Positions 12,840-23,490 are shown, counted from the stretch's first letter. The stretch is DNA of 64,000 nucleotides from an uncultured Gammaproteobacteria bacterium (GCA_963754125.1 CAVWEX010000001.1:820753-884752); one strand, 5' to 3'. Made by a program: numbers and translations. The notes: generated by a model from the letters alone, not told the origin.

Positions 12840-14019
12840 GCGGCCTGCCGCCCGGCGTGGACCCGCTGCGCGTGCTGCACGAGGTGCGCTGGCGCCGCGA
12901 CCAGTTCGTCTCGCTGCTCGAGACGCTGTGCCGCGCCGAGTCGCCCTCGCTCGATCCGGTGGCGCAGCAGGCGGTGCACACGGTGCTGGCCGCCAACCTC
13001 GAAGCGCTGGGCTTCGACGTGCGCCGGCTGCCGGGTCGCCGCAGCGGCGTGCACCTGTACGCGCGTCCCCGCCGGCGCCGGCGCGGCGCGCCGGTGCAGC
13101 TGCTCATGGGCCACTACGACACCGTGTGGCCCGCCGGCACGCTCGCCACCATGCCGTTCGCGATCGAGGGCGACCGCGCCCGCGGGCCGGGCGTGTACGA
13201 CATGAAGGGTGGACTCGCGCAGGTCGTGGTCGCGCTCGCCACGCTGCGCGGCCTCGGGCTCGAGCCCGTGGTCACGCCGGTCGTGCTCGTGAACGCCGAC
13301 GAGGAAGTGGGCAGCCGCGAGTCGGGACGGCACGTGCGGCGGCTGGCCCGCATCGCCGACCGCGCGCTGGTGCTCGAGCCCTCGCTCGGCATCGAGGGCC
13401 GGCTCAAGACCGAGCGCAAGGGCGTGGCGCGCTACACGGTCACCGTGAAGGGGCGCGCGGCCCACGCCGGGCTCGATCCGACGGCCGGCGCCAGCGCCAT
13501 CCTCGAGCTGTCGCACGTGATCCAGGCGCTGTTCGCGCTGAACGATCCCGCGCAGGGCGTGACGGTGAACGTCGGCACGATCGACGGCGGACTGCGTCCC
13601 AACGTGGTGGCGCCGGAGAGCCGCGCGGTCGTGGACGTGCGCACCCGGACGACCGCAGAGGCCGCGCGCGTGGACCCGCGATCCGTGCGCTGCAGCCGGT
13701 GACGGCCGGCACGACGCTGAGTGTCGAGGGCGGTGTCGGTCGCCCGCCGCTCGAGCCCACGCCGCGCAACACGGCCTTGTTCGAGGCCGCCCGGACGCTC
13801 GGCTCGCGGGTGGACCTCGCGCTCGAGGGCGGGCTCGCGGGCGGCGGCTCCGACGGCAGCACGGCGAGCCAGTACACCGCGACGCTCGACGGGCTCGGGC
13901 CGGTCGGCGACGGCGCGCACGCCGCGCACGAGTACCTCGAGATCGGGCCGACGCTCGACCGGGCCGCGCTGCTCGCGCTGCTGCTGCTGGCGCCACCGTC
14001 GCAGGCCGGGACCCACTGA
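12836..14019 (+). CDS. M20-family metallopeptidase/deacylase (carboxypeptidase G2-like)
   Basis: GTG 12836 overlaps the upstream stop (GTGA). Motifs: LMGHYDTVWP, GPGVYDMKGG, VNADEEVGS. The C-terminus (GGGSDGS...DGAHAAHEYLEI) lies in ORF 12928..14019, with a frame change near 13680. Confidence 0.8.
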
Positions 14020-14020
14020 G

Positions 14021-15037
14021 ATGCGCCACTGCCTGCACGCCTCCGTGACCCGCATCACCGACCTCGAGCAGGTGCCGTTCGACGTGCACCCGCTGCCGCG
14101 CGACCGCTGGGAGACCGCCGACTACGTGCTGGTCGAGGTGCTCGGTCCCTCGCACTACCCGTTCGAGATCGCCAACGGCCGGCTCGTGGACGCGGTCGCC
14201 GGCGACCTCGTCGTCGGCGCGCTCGGCAAGCGCTCGGCGACGCTCGAAGTGGTGGGCGACTGGAGCCAAACCAGCGTCACGGGCGAGATGCACGCGCTCA
14301 CCGGCGCGGGGCTGTTCGGGCTCGCGACCTCGCTGTCCACCTGGCTCAAGCCCCTGACGCCGATCGTGTATCGCGGCCACGTCACGCGCAGCGGCCACAA
14401 GCTCAACATGCGCGACTTCGTCGTGCCGGTGGCGCCGGCCGTGCCGACCGCGCCGGTGATCCTGCTGGTCGGGACCTCGATGTCGGCCGGCAAGACCACC
14501 ACCGCTCGGGTCGTCGTGCGCATGCTTGCCGAGCGCGGACTGCGGGTGCTCGCCTGCAAGCTCACCGGCGCGGCCCGCTACCGCGACATCCTCTCCTGCC
14601 TCGACGTGGGCGCCGAGCACGTCATGGACTTCGTGGACGCGGGCCTGCCGTCCACGGTCTGCGACGAGTCCGACTATGCCCCCGCGATCGAGCACCTGCT
14701 GTCGCGGATGGCGGCGCTCGACCCCGACGTGATCGTCGCCGAGGCCGGCGCCTCGCCGCTCGAGCCCTACAACGGCACCGAGGCCTATCGCCGCCTCAAG
14801 CCGCTGGTGAAACTCGCGATCCTGTGCGCCTCGGATCCCTACGCGGTGCTCGGTGTGCAGCACGCGTTCAACATCGCGCCGGACCTCGTCGCGGGGCCCG
14901 CGGCCAACACGACGGCCGCCGTCGAGCTGGTGAAGCGCCTCACCGGCGTGCGCGCGCTCAACCTGCTCGAGCGCGGCGGCGCGGAGGAACTGCGGATGCT
15001 GCTCGACGAGAGGATCGTGCGGCCGTGCCTGGGCTGA
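14021..15037 (+). CDS. Uncharacterised P-loop protein, DUF1611/DgcN-like C-terminal domain
   Basis: ATG 14021 follows the M20 stop by 1 nt. The ORF is an intact 338 aa. A Walker-A-like VGTSMSAGKTTTA is followed by KLTGAARY...MDFVDAG...VIVAEAGASPLEPYNG. This layout recalls the DUF1611 P-loop domain. The N-terminal ~150 aa are unassigned. Confidence 0.45.
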   Translation: MRHCLHASVTRITDLEQVPFDVHPLPRDRWETADYVLVEVLGPSHYPFEIANGRLVDAVAGDLVVGALGKRSATLEVVGDWSQTSVTGEMHALTGAGLFGLATSLSTWLKPLTPIVYRGHVTRSGHKLNMRDFVVPVAPAVPTAPVILLVGTSMSAGKTTTARVVVRMLAERGLRVLACKLTGAARYRDILSCLDVGAEHVMDFVDAGLPSTVCDESDYAPAIEHLLSRMAALDPDVIVAEAGASPLEPYNGTEAYRRLKPLVKLAILCASDPYAVLGVQHAFNIAPDLVAGPAANTTAAVELVKRLTGVRALNLLERGGAEELRMLLDERIVRPCLG

Positions 15038-16554
15038 ACCCGCCACCCGGCAGCGCCGGGGAATGCACTGCGTTCGCCGCGCTGCAGGCGCGCTTGCCCG
15101 CGCTCTTCCGCAACGTGTTCTCCGACCCCGCCGCCCCGCGCACCGTGGTCGTGGTGCCGGGCCTCAGCATGGACGGCGAGGTGCTCTCGAAGGTGGTGGG
15201 CGGCCGCCACTACGAGGAACGGCAGCTCGCGATGCTCATGCTGCTGCGCCTGCCGAACACCCGTCTCGTGTTCGTGAGCAGCACGCGGATCGAGCCTTCG
15301 ATCATCGACTACCACCTCGGGCTGCTGCAGGACGTACCCGTCGAGGATGCGCGCCGGCGGCTGGTGCTGCTCTCGGCGGCCGATGCCTCGCCGCAGACGC
15401 TCACGCAGAAGATCCTCGACCGGCCGCGCCTGCTCGAGCGCATCCGCGCGGGCGTAGGCGACCCGGCACTCGCCCACCTCACCTGCTTCAACGTGACGCC
15501 GCTGCGAGCGCACGCTCGCGGTGCGGCTCGGCATCCCGCTGTACGGCTGCGACCCCGCGCTGATGGAACTCGGCGGCAAGAGCGGCAGCCGCCAGGCGTT
15601 CCGCGCCGCGGGCATCGCGCTGCCGGACGGCAGCGAGGACCTGCGCGACGCGCCGCGATCTCGTTGCGGCGCTCGCGGCCTTGAAGGGACGACATCCCGG
15701 ACTCGAGCGTGCGGTCGTGAAGCTCAACCACGGCTTCTCCGGCGAGGGCAACGCGGTGTTCTCCTTCGCCGGCTGCCCGGAGGACGAGCAGCCCCGGTGG
15801 ATCGCGGCCCACCTGCCGCTCAACCTCTCGATCGAGGCGCGCGACCTGGGCTGGGACCGCTACGCCGCGAAGCTCGCCGAGCAGGGCGGCATCGTCGAGT
15901 CGTGGGTGTCGGGCACCGGGCTGCGTTCACCGTCCGTGCAGATGCGCATCACGCCGCTCGGCGACCTCGAGTTCATCTCGACGCACGACCAGATCCTCGG
16001 CGGGCCGTCCGGACAGATCTTCCAGGCGTGCACCTTCCCGGCCGACGCCGCCTATGCACTCGAAATCCAGGCGCTCGCGCGGCGCGTCGGCGAGGTGCTG
16101 AAGGCCCGGGGCGTGCTCGGGCGCTTCGGCGTGGACTTCGTGTCCGTGCCGCGCGAGGACGGCTGGGAGCACCTCGCCATCGAGATCAACCTGCGCAAGG
16201 GCGGCACGACGCACACCTTCCAGATGCTGCAGTTCCTGACCGGCGGCCGCTACGACCCGGAGCGCGCCGTGTTCGTCACGCCGTCCGGCGCCGAGCGCAG
16301 CTATTTCGCGACCGACAACGTGGTGAGCCCGGCCTACCGCCGCCTGACGCCCGGACGACCTGTTCGAGATCGCGGCCCGCCGCGACCTGCGCTACGACCC
16401 CGTGGGGCAGTGCGGCGTGACGTTCGGCCTCGTCGGCGCGCTGTCGGAGTGCGGCAAGCTCGGGATGGTGGCGATCGACGCCGACTGCGAGGCCGCGCGG
16501 CGGCGGTTCCGCCGCGCCGTCGCGGTGCTCGACGAGGAAGCCGCTCGGGAATAG
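15025..16554 (+). CDS. ATP-grasp ligase resembling PGM1-type peptide ligases
   Basis: GTG 15025 overlaps the upstream gene by 13 nt, and the stop is TAG 16552-16554. The product is about 505-510 aa, stitched from ORFs 14824.., 15521.., 15681.. and the first frame again. It has a pre-ATP-grasp-like N-domain (VVVPGLSMDGEVLSKVVGGRHYEERQLAMLMLLRLPNTRLVFVSS). The ATP-grasp core shows AVVKLNHGFSGEGN, FGVDFV and HLAIEINLRKGGTTH. Frame changes lie near 15500, 15660 and 16350. Confidence 0.65.
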
Positions 16555-16560
16555 GGCTCG

Positions 16561-16891
16561 CTACGCCGCCCGCGGCGTGATCTCGTTCAGCCGGTCGCCG
16601 AGCTTGCGCTTCTGCTCCATCAGGTCGTATTCGCGCCTGCAGGCCCAGGAAGAACCCCGCGTGAAGGTTGAAGTAGCGCGCGAGCCGCAGGTCGGTGTCC
16701 GCCGAGACCGCGCGCTTGCCGAGCACGAGTTCGTTGATGCGGCGAGGCGAGACCTTCAGCGCGCGAGCCAGCGCGTTCTGGCTCATCTCCATCGGCTTGA
16801 GGAAATCCTCGAGCAGGATCTCGCCCGGATGAGGATTCGGCACCAGCGCGACCTTGCGCTTCCTAGTAGTGGTAGTCGACGATTTCGACAT
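16561..16891 (-). CDS. higA: HigA-family antitoxin (XRE-type HTH)
   Basis: ATG 16891. Motifs are NPHPGEILLEDFL and the HTH MSQNALARALKVSPRRINELVLGKRAVSADTDLRLARYF. The C-terminal tail (REYDLMEQKRKLGDRLNEITPRAA, TAG 16561-16563) needs a frame change near 16640. Confidence 0.8.
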
Positions 16892-17147
16892 CTTCCGGTC
16901 CTCTGTCACCCCAGCGAAAGCAGACGCGCCACTGATCGTTGAGCCGGATGCTGAACTGACCCAGGCGCTTGCCAACGAGGGCCTCGAGCCGGTTGCCTGG
17001 AGGCGCCACCAGTTCGCCAACCGTTGCGGCCTCGTTGAGCAGACGCAACTTCCGGACGGCGACTCCGAGTATCCACGGCGGCAACCTGCGGCTGCCCTCG
17101 CCCGTCCAGATGCGCTCGGTCTCCCGGTCGCGGAAGCTCACGATCAT
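16863..17147 (-). CDS. higB: HigB-type toxin (RelE/ParE superfamily, plasmid-killer type)
   Basis: The ORF is an intact 94 aa: MIVSFRDRETERIW...GNRLEALVGKRLGQFSIRLNDQWRVCFRWGDRGPEDVEIVDYH. The gene order is toxin first, and it overlaps higA by 29 nt. Confidence 0.85.
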   Translation of the reverse strand: MIVSFRDRETERIWTGEGSRRLPPWILGVAVRKLRLLNEAATVGELVAPPGNRLEALVGKRLGQFSIRLNDQWRVCFRWGDRGPEDVEIVDYHY

Positions 17148-17175
17148 CGGCAGTCCCTCGCCTTATAACGCGCGA

Positions 17176-17187
17176 CGTCATATGACG
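17176..17187. promoter_or_regulatory. Candidate HigBA operator palindrome
   Basis: The perfect 12-bp palindrome CGTCATATGACG lies 29 nt upstream of the higB start. A third half-site, GCGTCATA, occurs at 17192-17199. Confidence 0.4.
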
Positions 17188-17366
17188 CAAGGCGTCATAG
17201 CCTGGCGCGCGGTCGGAACTGATCGTGGATCGCGGAATCGCTTTGGGCCAGCCGGGAATCAGGCGTGATCGAACAGATACGGGCGGTCGTCACGGTTCGC
17301 GCGCAGCGGGGAACACCCGCCGTCGCGGTGCCGGACGAGCACGTTGCCCGGGACTGAAAGACCCCA

Positions 17367-17388
17367 CTCTCCCGCGCAAGCGGGAGAG
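17367..17388 (-). terminator. Stem-loop downstream of sucD (terminator or REP-like element)
   Basis: CTCTCCCGC-GCAA-GCGGGAGAG lies 17 nt after the sucD stop, with only a weak T-run after it on the minus strand. The flanking GGATCGGTGTGAGGGG recalls REP-type intergenic repeats; this is recollection and is not verified. Confidence 0.35.
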
Positions 17389-17404
17389 GATCGGTGTGAG
17401 GGGA

Positions 17405-18467
<1,063 letters not shown>

Positions 18468-18469
18468 GA

Positions 18470-19633
18470 TTACTTCCTCGCGGCCGCGACGACTTTCTTC
18501 GCCGCATCGGTGAGATCGGCCGCGGCAATGAGCTCGAGCCCGCTCTCCTTCAGCATCTTTCGCCCGAGCGGCGCGTTGGTGCCCTCGATGCGAACCACCA
18601 CCGGCAGGTGCAGGCCGAGGTCGCGCGCCGCGCCGATCACGCCCTCCGCGATCATGTCGCAGCGGACGATGCCGCCGAAGATGTTGACCAGGATCGCCTT
18701 CACCTTCGGGTTCTGCAGGATCAGCTTGAACGCCGTCGTGACCCGCTCGCGCGTGGCGCCGCCGCCCACGTCGAGGAAATTCGCGGGCGAGCCGCCGTGC
18801 AGCTTGATGAGGTCCATCGTCGCCATGGCGAGGCCCGCGCCGTTCACCATGCAGGCGATGTCGCCGTCGAGCGAGACGTAGTTCAAGTCGGCCTCGGCGG
18901 CCACGCGCTCCATCTCGTCCTCCTGCGAGGGGTCGCGCCAGGCGACGAGGTCCTTCTGGCGGAACAGCGCGTTGTCCTCGATGTTGATCTTGGCGTCGAG
19001 GGCCATCACGTCGCCGTCGCCCGTGACGATCAGCGGATTGACCTCGACGAGGCTCGCGTCGCACTCGAGGTAGAGCTTGTACAGGGCGCGGGCAATCGCC
19101 TCGAACTGCGCGACCTGCGCGCCCTTGAGCCCGAGGCCGAACGCGAGTACGCGGCAATGCGAGCCCTGCAGCCCGGAGGCCGGGTGGATCTCGACGCGGA
19201 TGATCTTCTCCGGCGTCTTCGCGGCGACCTCCTCGATGTCCATGCCGCCGGCGGCCGAGGCCACGAACGCGATGCGGCCCGTGTCGCGGTTGAGCAGCAG
19301 GCTGAGGTACAGCTCGCGCTCGATCTTCGAGCCCGACTCCACGTACACCTGGTTGATCGGCAGGCCCTCGGCGCCGGTCTGCTTGGTGACGAGGCGCTCA
19401 CCGAGCATCGCGGCCGCGGCGGTCGACACGTCCGCCACCGTCTTCACGACCTTCACGCCACCGGCCTTGCCGCGGCCGCCCGCGTGGACCTGGGCCTTGA
19501 CCACCCAGACGCCTCCGCCGAGGCGACGGGCCGCGTCGGCGGCCTCCTCCGGTGTCGAGGCGACGTGACCGGTGGGCACCGGGATGCCGTAGCGGGCAAA
19601 GAGCTGCTTGGACTGGTATTCGTGGAGGTTCAT
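18470..19633 (-). CDS. sucC: Succinyl-CoA synthetase beta subunit
   Basis: ATG 19633. The ORF is an intact 387 aa: [20 protein letters not shown]...[18 protein letters not shown]...[10 protein letters not shown]. Confidence 0.95.
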   Translation of the reverse strand: MNLHEYQSKQLFARYGIPVPTGHVASTPEEAADAARRLGGGVWVVKAQVHAGGRGKAGGVKVVKTVADVSTAAAAMLGERLVTKQTGAEGLPINQVYVESGSKIERELYLSLLLNRDTGRIAFVASAAGGMDIEEVAAKTPEKIIRVEIHPASGLQGSHCRVLAFGLGLKGAQVAQFEAIARALYKLYLECDASLVEVNPLIVTGDGDVMALDAKINIEDNALFRQKDLVAWRDPSQEDEMERVAAEADLNYVSLDGDIACMVNGAGLAMATMDLIKLHGGSPANFLDVGGGATRERVTTAFKLILQNPKVKAILVNIFGGIVRCDMIAEGVIGAARDLGLHLPVVVRIEGTNAPLGRKMLKESGLELIAAADLTDAAKKVVAAARK

Positions 19634-19707
19634 GGAAAGGCGGCTTTCTGGTTGGTATTCGAGGCTGCGTAGTCTAAGCGCTGAAGCGCGCAGGGGCACC
19701 CTCCCCG

Positions 19708-20118
19708 TCAGGGCCGCAGCCATTCCGCGAGCGAGCGCGGCGAGTGGATCGCGACACCGAGCAGCCGCTCGCCATAGAGAGCCTCGAAGTGCGTACGGTC
19801 GCCGGTCAGCAGCGCGTCGCAGCGCAGCCGCACCGCCGCCGCAACGACCGGGCGATCTTTCTCGTGGATGAGCGCGGCCACGCGGGCCGGCACGGCCCCG
19901 GGGTGGAGTGGCGCGACCTCGACCCGGGAGAGCAGGGCCTCGAGCGTGGCCAGGGCCTCGGGGCCCTTGGCGAGCAGGTTGCGGCGGGCCTCCTCGACCA
20001 CGTAGGCGTCTGCACACAGCAGGTGGCCGGCCGTCTCCAGCCGGGCGAGCAACTCGCGCACCGCGCCCGCCGTCTTCGCGGCCGAGAACAGGATGTTGGC
20101 GTCCAGGAAGACGCGCAC
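19708..20118 (-). CDS. vapC: PIN-domain toxin (VapC-like)
   Basis: 136 aa with the PIN acidic residues in context: [35 protein letters not shown]. Confidence 0.75.
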   Translation of the reverse strand: MRVFLDANILFSAAKTAGAVRELLARLETAGHLLCADAYVVEEARRNLLAKGPEALATLEALLSRVEVAPLHPGAVPARVAALIHEKDRPVVAAAVRLRCDALLTGDRTHFEALYGERLLGVAIHSPRSLAEWLRP

Positions 20119-20130
20119 GGCGTGGGGAGC

Positions 20131-20472
20131 TCAGCGGCCGCGGCTGGTCGGACGCTTGCGCGCGGGCGCCGAGCGCGGCGCACGGGCCGGGGCCCGCAGC
20201 GCCGCCGCCAGCTCGGCCTCGGACTCGTCGAACTCCCGCTCACGCTCCGGTGTGTAGATCTCGACCGGCAGCGTCACCGCCGGACGAAGCAGCAGCCCCT
20301 CCGGCGTGACCTCGGCGATCAGCTGGTCGTCGGCCCGCAGGCCGAGCGCCTTGCGCAACCGCGCGGGCAGCGTGATGACGCCCCGGCTGGTGATGGTGAT
20401 GGCCGCACGCACGACCGCAGCATTGCAGAAATGCTGCAACTCGGCAAGCTGAGATCCGCCCGGGCGCGCCAT
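20131..20472 (-). CDS. vapB: AbrB/SpoVT-type antitoxin (VapB-like)
   Basis: [41 protein letters not shown] is a swapped-hairpin AbrB-like domain. The start is ATG 20472 or GTG 20412. The gene lies 12 nt upstream of the PIN gene. Confidence 0.7.
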   Translation of the reverse strand: MARPGGSQLAELQHFCNAAVVRAAITITSRGVITLPARLRKALGLRADDQLIAEVTPEGLLLRPAVTLPVEIYTPEREREFDESEAELAAALRAPARAPRSAPARKRPTSRGR

Positions 20473-20525
20473 GCCGCCACCCTGCCGTGTTGTAGCCGCG
20501 CCCGCGAGGCCCGAAACTGCCGGCA

Positions 20526-22148
20526 ATGGCCCAATACCCCAGCCGCCCGGCCGACGCCGCGGGCTCGAGCGACCTCGCATGGCGCGTCATCGGCCTGCTC
20601 AACATCTTCCGGCTGCTGGTGCCGATGGTGTTGATCCTGCTGTTCTTCTTCAACGCGCCGGAGCGCAGCGTCGGCGCGGTCCATCCGGGCCTGTTCCTCG
20701 GCATCTGCGTCGCCTACTTCACGTTCGGGCTGGTGTGCATACACCCGATCCAGCGGCACTGGCCGTCGGCCGAGTGGATGTCGCTCTTTCCGCTGGCCGT
20801 GGACGGCATCGCCATCACGCTGCTGACCCACGCGAGCGGCGGCGTCGGCGGCGGGCTCGCCACGCTGCTGTTCCTGCCCGTGGGCGCCACGGCCGCCGTG
20901 GTGCGCCCGCGGCTCGCGCTGCTCGCGACGGCCGTCATCACGATCCTGCTGCTGTTCGAGACCCTGGTCTCGGCGCTCACCGGCACGATCGACGGATCGG
21001 GATTCCTCACCGCGGGCCTCACCGGCGCGAGCCTGTTCGCGATCACGCTGCTCGCGGTCCCGCTCGCGCGACGGCTGCGCGAGAGCGAGGCGCTGGTGCG
21101 GCAGCGCGACATCGATCTCGCGAACCTGAACGAGCTCAACCGCTTCATCGTCCAGCACCTGCGCGAGAGCATCCTCGTGGTGGATGCCTCGGACCGGATC
21201 CGGCTGATCAACGAGACCGCCGCGCGCCTGCTGGCCAACAGCCCGGTGACCCCGGGCGCCCCGCTCGAGGAGGTCGCCCCCCGCCTGCTCTACCTGCTCG
21301 ACGCCTGGCGCCGGCAGGAACACGACCGGCGCGACTCGACCGGCGAGGTGGTCTCGGCGGACGGCGGCACGGTGATCCGGCCGCATTTCGTGTCGCTGTC
21401 GGAGCGCGGCGCCGGGCCGGTGCTGATCTTCCTCGAGGACATGAGCGTGATCGCCCAGCGCATCCAGCAGTCGAAGCTCGCCGCGCTCGGGCGGCTGAGC
21501 GCGAGCATCGCCCACGAGATCCGCAACCCCGTGGGTGCGATGAGCCACGCGGGCCAGCTGCTGCGCGAGTCGCCGGCGCTCGGGGCCGACGACCGCCACC
21601 TCACCGACATCATCGAGAAGAACGCCGCGCGAGTCAGCCAGATCATCGAGAACATCCTGCAGCTCTCGCGCCGTGACACGACGCGCCAGGAACGGCTCGA
21701 CCTCGCGGCGTGGCTCGAGACCTTCCTGGCCGAATACCGCGAGACGCTGCAGGTCGCGCCGGAGCGACTCGAGTGCGAGACGCCGCCCACCGGCCTCGAG
21801 GTGCACTTCGACCCTTCGCACCTGCACCAGGTGCTGTGGAACCTGTGCGACAACGCGCTCGAGCACGGCGCGGGCGGCGAGCCCGTGCGGGTGCGCGCCG
21901 GCCGGATTGCCTCGACCGACCGGCCGTTCCTCGAGGTGAGCGACCGCGGCGCCGGCATTGCCCCGGCGAACGCCGAGCGCATCTTCGAGCCGTTCTTCAC
22001 CACCGGGGCGGCCGGCACCGGGCTCGGGCTCTTCATCGCCCGCGAGCTGTGCCAGACCAACGGGGCGCTGCTCGCCTACGAGGCACGACCGGGCGGCGGC
22101 AGCGCGTTCCGCATCGTGTTTGCGGATCCGCAGAGGTGGGAGGGGTAG
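20526..22148 (+). CDS. pilS: Type IV pilus two-component sensor kinase PilS
   Basis: The ORF is an intact 540 aa with a multi-TM N-terminus. It has the H-box LSASIAHEIRNPVGAM and ATP-binding boxes LCDNALEH, DRGAGI and GTGLGLF. It lies upstream of pilR and pilA. Confidence 0.9.
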   Translation: MAQYPSRPADAAGSSDLAWRVIGLLNIFRLLVPMVLILLFFFNAPERSVGAVHPGLFLGICVAYFTFGLVCIHPIQRHWPSAEWMSLFPLAVDGIAITLLTHASGGVGGGLATLLFLPVGATAAVVRPRLALLATAVITILLLFETLVSALTGTIDGSGFLTAGLTGASLFAITLLAVPLARRLRESEALVRQRDIDLANLNELNRFIVQHLRESILVVDASDRIRLINETAARLLANSPVTPGAPLEEVAPRLLYLLDAWRRQEHDRRDSTGEVVSADGGTVIRPHFVSLSERGAGPVLIFLEDMSVIAQRIQQSKLAALGRLSASIAHEIRNPVGAMSHAGQLLRESPALGADDRHLTDIIEKNAARVSQIIENILQLSRRDTTRQERLDLAAWLETFLAEYRETLQVAPERLECETPPTGLEVHFDPSHLHQVLWNLCDNALEHGAGGEPVRVRAGRIASTDRPFLEVSDRGAGIAPANAERIFEPFFTTGAAGTGLGLFIARELCQTNGALLAYEARPGGGSAFRIVFADPQRWEG

Positions 22149-22330
22149 GTCCTCGCCTGGTTCACGGCCCAGGTCCACGCCGTCGGGCGGTGGCAACTAC
22201 CAGTCGCGGATCAACGAAGCGTTGAGAGAGCACATTGGCCGGCAGGTAGAACCTCTCGAGGCGATCCTCCGGCGCGTCGTGACGCGACGAGCTGGCGAAG
22301 AGCCGCGACCGGTCGAAGGGCGGCGGGTAG
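22149..22330 (+). pseudogene. Debris of a BrnA/DUF4415-type antitoxin C-terminus
   Basis: Starting at the nucleotide after the pilS stop, the sequence reads VLAWFTAQ. After a frame change it reads GGGNYQSRINEALREHIGRQ...ILRRVV(RDELAKSRDRSKGGG*). This matches the family ending (..vLaWFka.G.gYQTRINa.LR..). There is no N-terminal part and no start codon. Confidence 0.45.
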
Positions 22331-22372
22331 CGGATCCCAACGCGCGAGGTCGAGCCTCGCCACCTCGCCTTG

Positions 22373-22756
22373 TCAGCAGCTGATCGCCACGGGCAGCCGC
22401 GCGAGCACCTCGTCCGCCGTTAGCAGCCGCAGCGTTTCGACCTCGCACTGGGCCACCAGCAGCCGGTCGAACGGGTCGCCATGGGGCACGGTCACCTTTG
22501 CGATCGCCGCGGCGTGCCGCATCGTCACGTCCAAGGGCAGCAAGCCAGCTTCGTCGATGCCCTGCTCCAGTTGGTCAATCGCAAAGTCGCCCCGCATCTT
22601 GCCCAGGGCCAACTTGATGGCGATCTCCCACACGCTGGCGCTGCTGACCCAGCACTCGTTCCCGGCGTCGCTGAGAAGTTCGCGGGCGCGTGCAGACAGT
22701 CGTGGACTGTCCGCCAGCACCCAGAGCAGCACGTGGGTGTCGAGCAGGATCCTCAC
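22373..22756 (-). CDS. vapC: VapC-family PIN toxin
   Basis: The ORF is an intact 127 aa: MRILLDTHVLLWVL...SVWEIAIK...DPFDRLLVAQCEVETLRLLTADE. Confidence 0.85.
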   Translation of the reverse strand: MRILLDTHVLLWVLADSPRLSARARELLSDAGNECWVSSASVWEIAIKLALGKMRGDFAIDQLEQGIDEAGLLPLDVTMRHAAAIAKVTVPHGDPFDRLLVAQCEVETLRLLTADEVLARLPVAISC

Positions 22757-23004
22757 GGCTCGAGCTCACCGCCGAACAGCCGGGACGAGTCCTCCGCCGA
22801 AAACGGTTTGCTGACGGCGTCGATGAGTTCCTCAGAGATCCGACCTCTGAGCGTGCCGAGCCGCACGCCACCCGGGCGTTCGAGGCGGACGATCTGGGCC
22901 ACAGGCCGGCCGGCGCGGGCAAGGATCACCTTCTCCCCCGCCTCAGCAGCCTCGACGAGCTTGGAGAGCGTCGTCTTGGCTTCGTGGATGTTCACCTTGC
23001 GCAT
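22753..23004 (-). CDS. Phd/YefM-family antitoxin
   Basis: 83 aa: MRKVNIHEAKTTLSKLVEAAEAGEKVILARAGRPVAQIV. It has a 4-nt overlap with the PIN gene. Confidence 0.85.
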   Translation of the reverse strand: MRKVNIHEAKTTLSKLVEAAEAGEKVILARAGRPVAQIVRLERPGGVRLGTLRGRISEELIDAVSKPFSAEDSSRLFGGELEP

Positions 23005-23079
23005 CGGTCTGCTCCAGCCGCTAGGTTAGTCCTATTAGCTAACTTTATGTTCCCCACCCGAGCAAGGCAAACTCGATAA

Positions 23080-23346
23080 ATGTTGCCCAAGCCGCCCAAT
23101 AGGACAGAAATCAACGCGCAGGACGCAAGGACTCGGTTTCTGGAGTTGCTGAAGCTGGTCCAGGTCGGCCAGCGATTCACGATCACGCACCGCGGCAAAG
23201 CCATCGCGGATCTCCTGCCAAGTAAAGCCGCCCGACCGGCCGATGCCGCCGCCGCCATCGAACGGTTCCAGGCATTCATCCGGGAGAATCCCGTCGCCGC
23301 CCGGGGTATTGACTGGCGGGCACTCATTGACGAGGGCAGTGCGTGA
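23080..23346 (+). CDS. Orphan Phd/YefM-like antitoxin (no recognisable toxin partner)
   Basis: 88 aa, with INAQDARTRFLELLKLVQVGQRFTITHRGKAIADLLP as the family N-domain. The downstream 145 nt before pilR encode nothing I can assign. Confidence 0.6.
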   Translation: MLPKPPNRTEINAQDARTRFLELLKLVQVGQRFTITHRGKAIADLLPSKAARPADAAAAIERFQAFIRENPVAARGIDWRALIDEGSA

Positions 23347-23490
23347 TATTGGCCCCCAACGCCTCGGTCACCGCCCGTCTCGATGCCGTCTACGGCGATC
23401 CCGCGACCAATACCGGATTGGATCCCGCCTTGGCGGCCGTGCAGTGGGCCTCCCTCCGGGGCGAGCCCGGCACAGATGAGATCGGTTGAG

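Noticed and set aside
23343-23490. A possible truncated toxin or antitoxin remnant after the orphan Phd gene. It reads VILAPNASVTARLDAVYGDPATNTGLDPALAAVQWASLRGEPGTDEIG, with a GTG overlapping the Phd stop.
   Set aside because: It lacks PIN acidic residues and any motif I can name. The resemblance to MazE/VapB C-termini is too vague to support.
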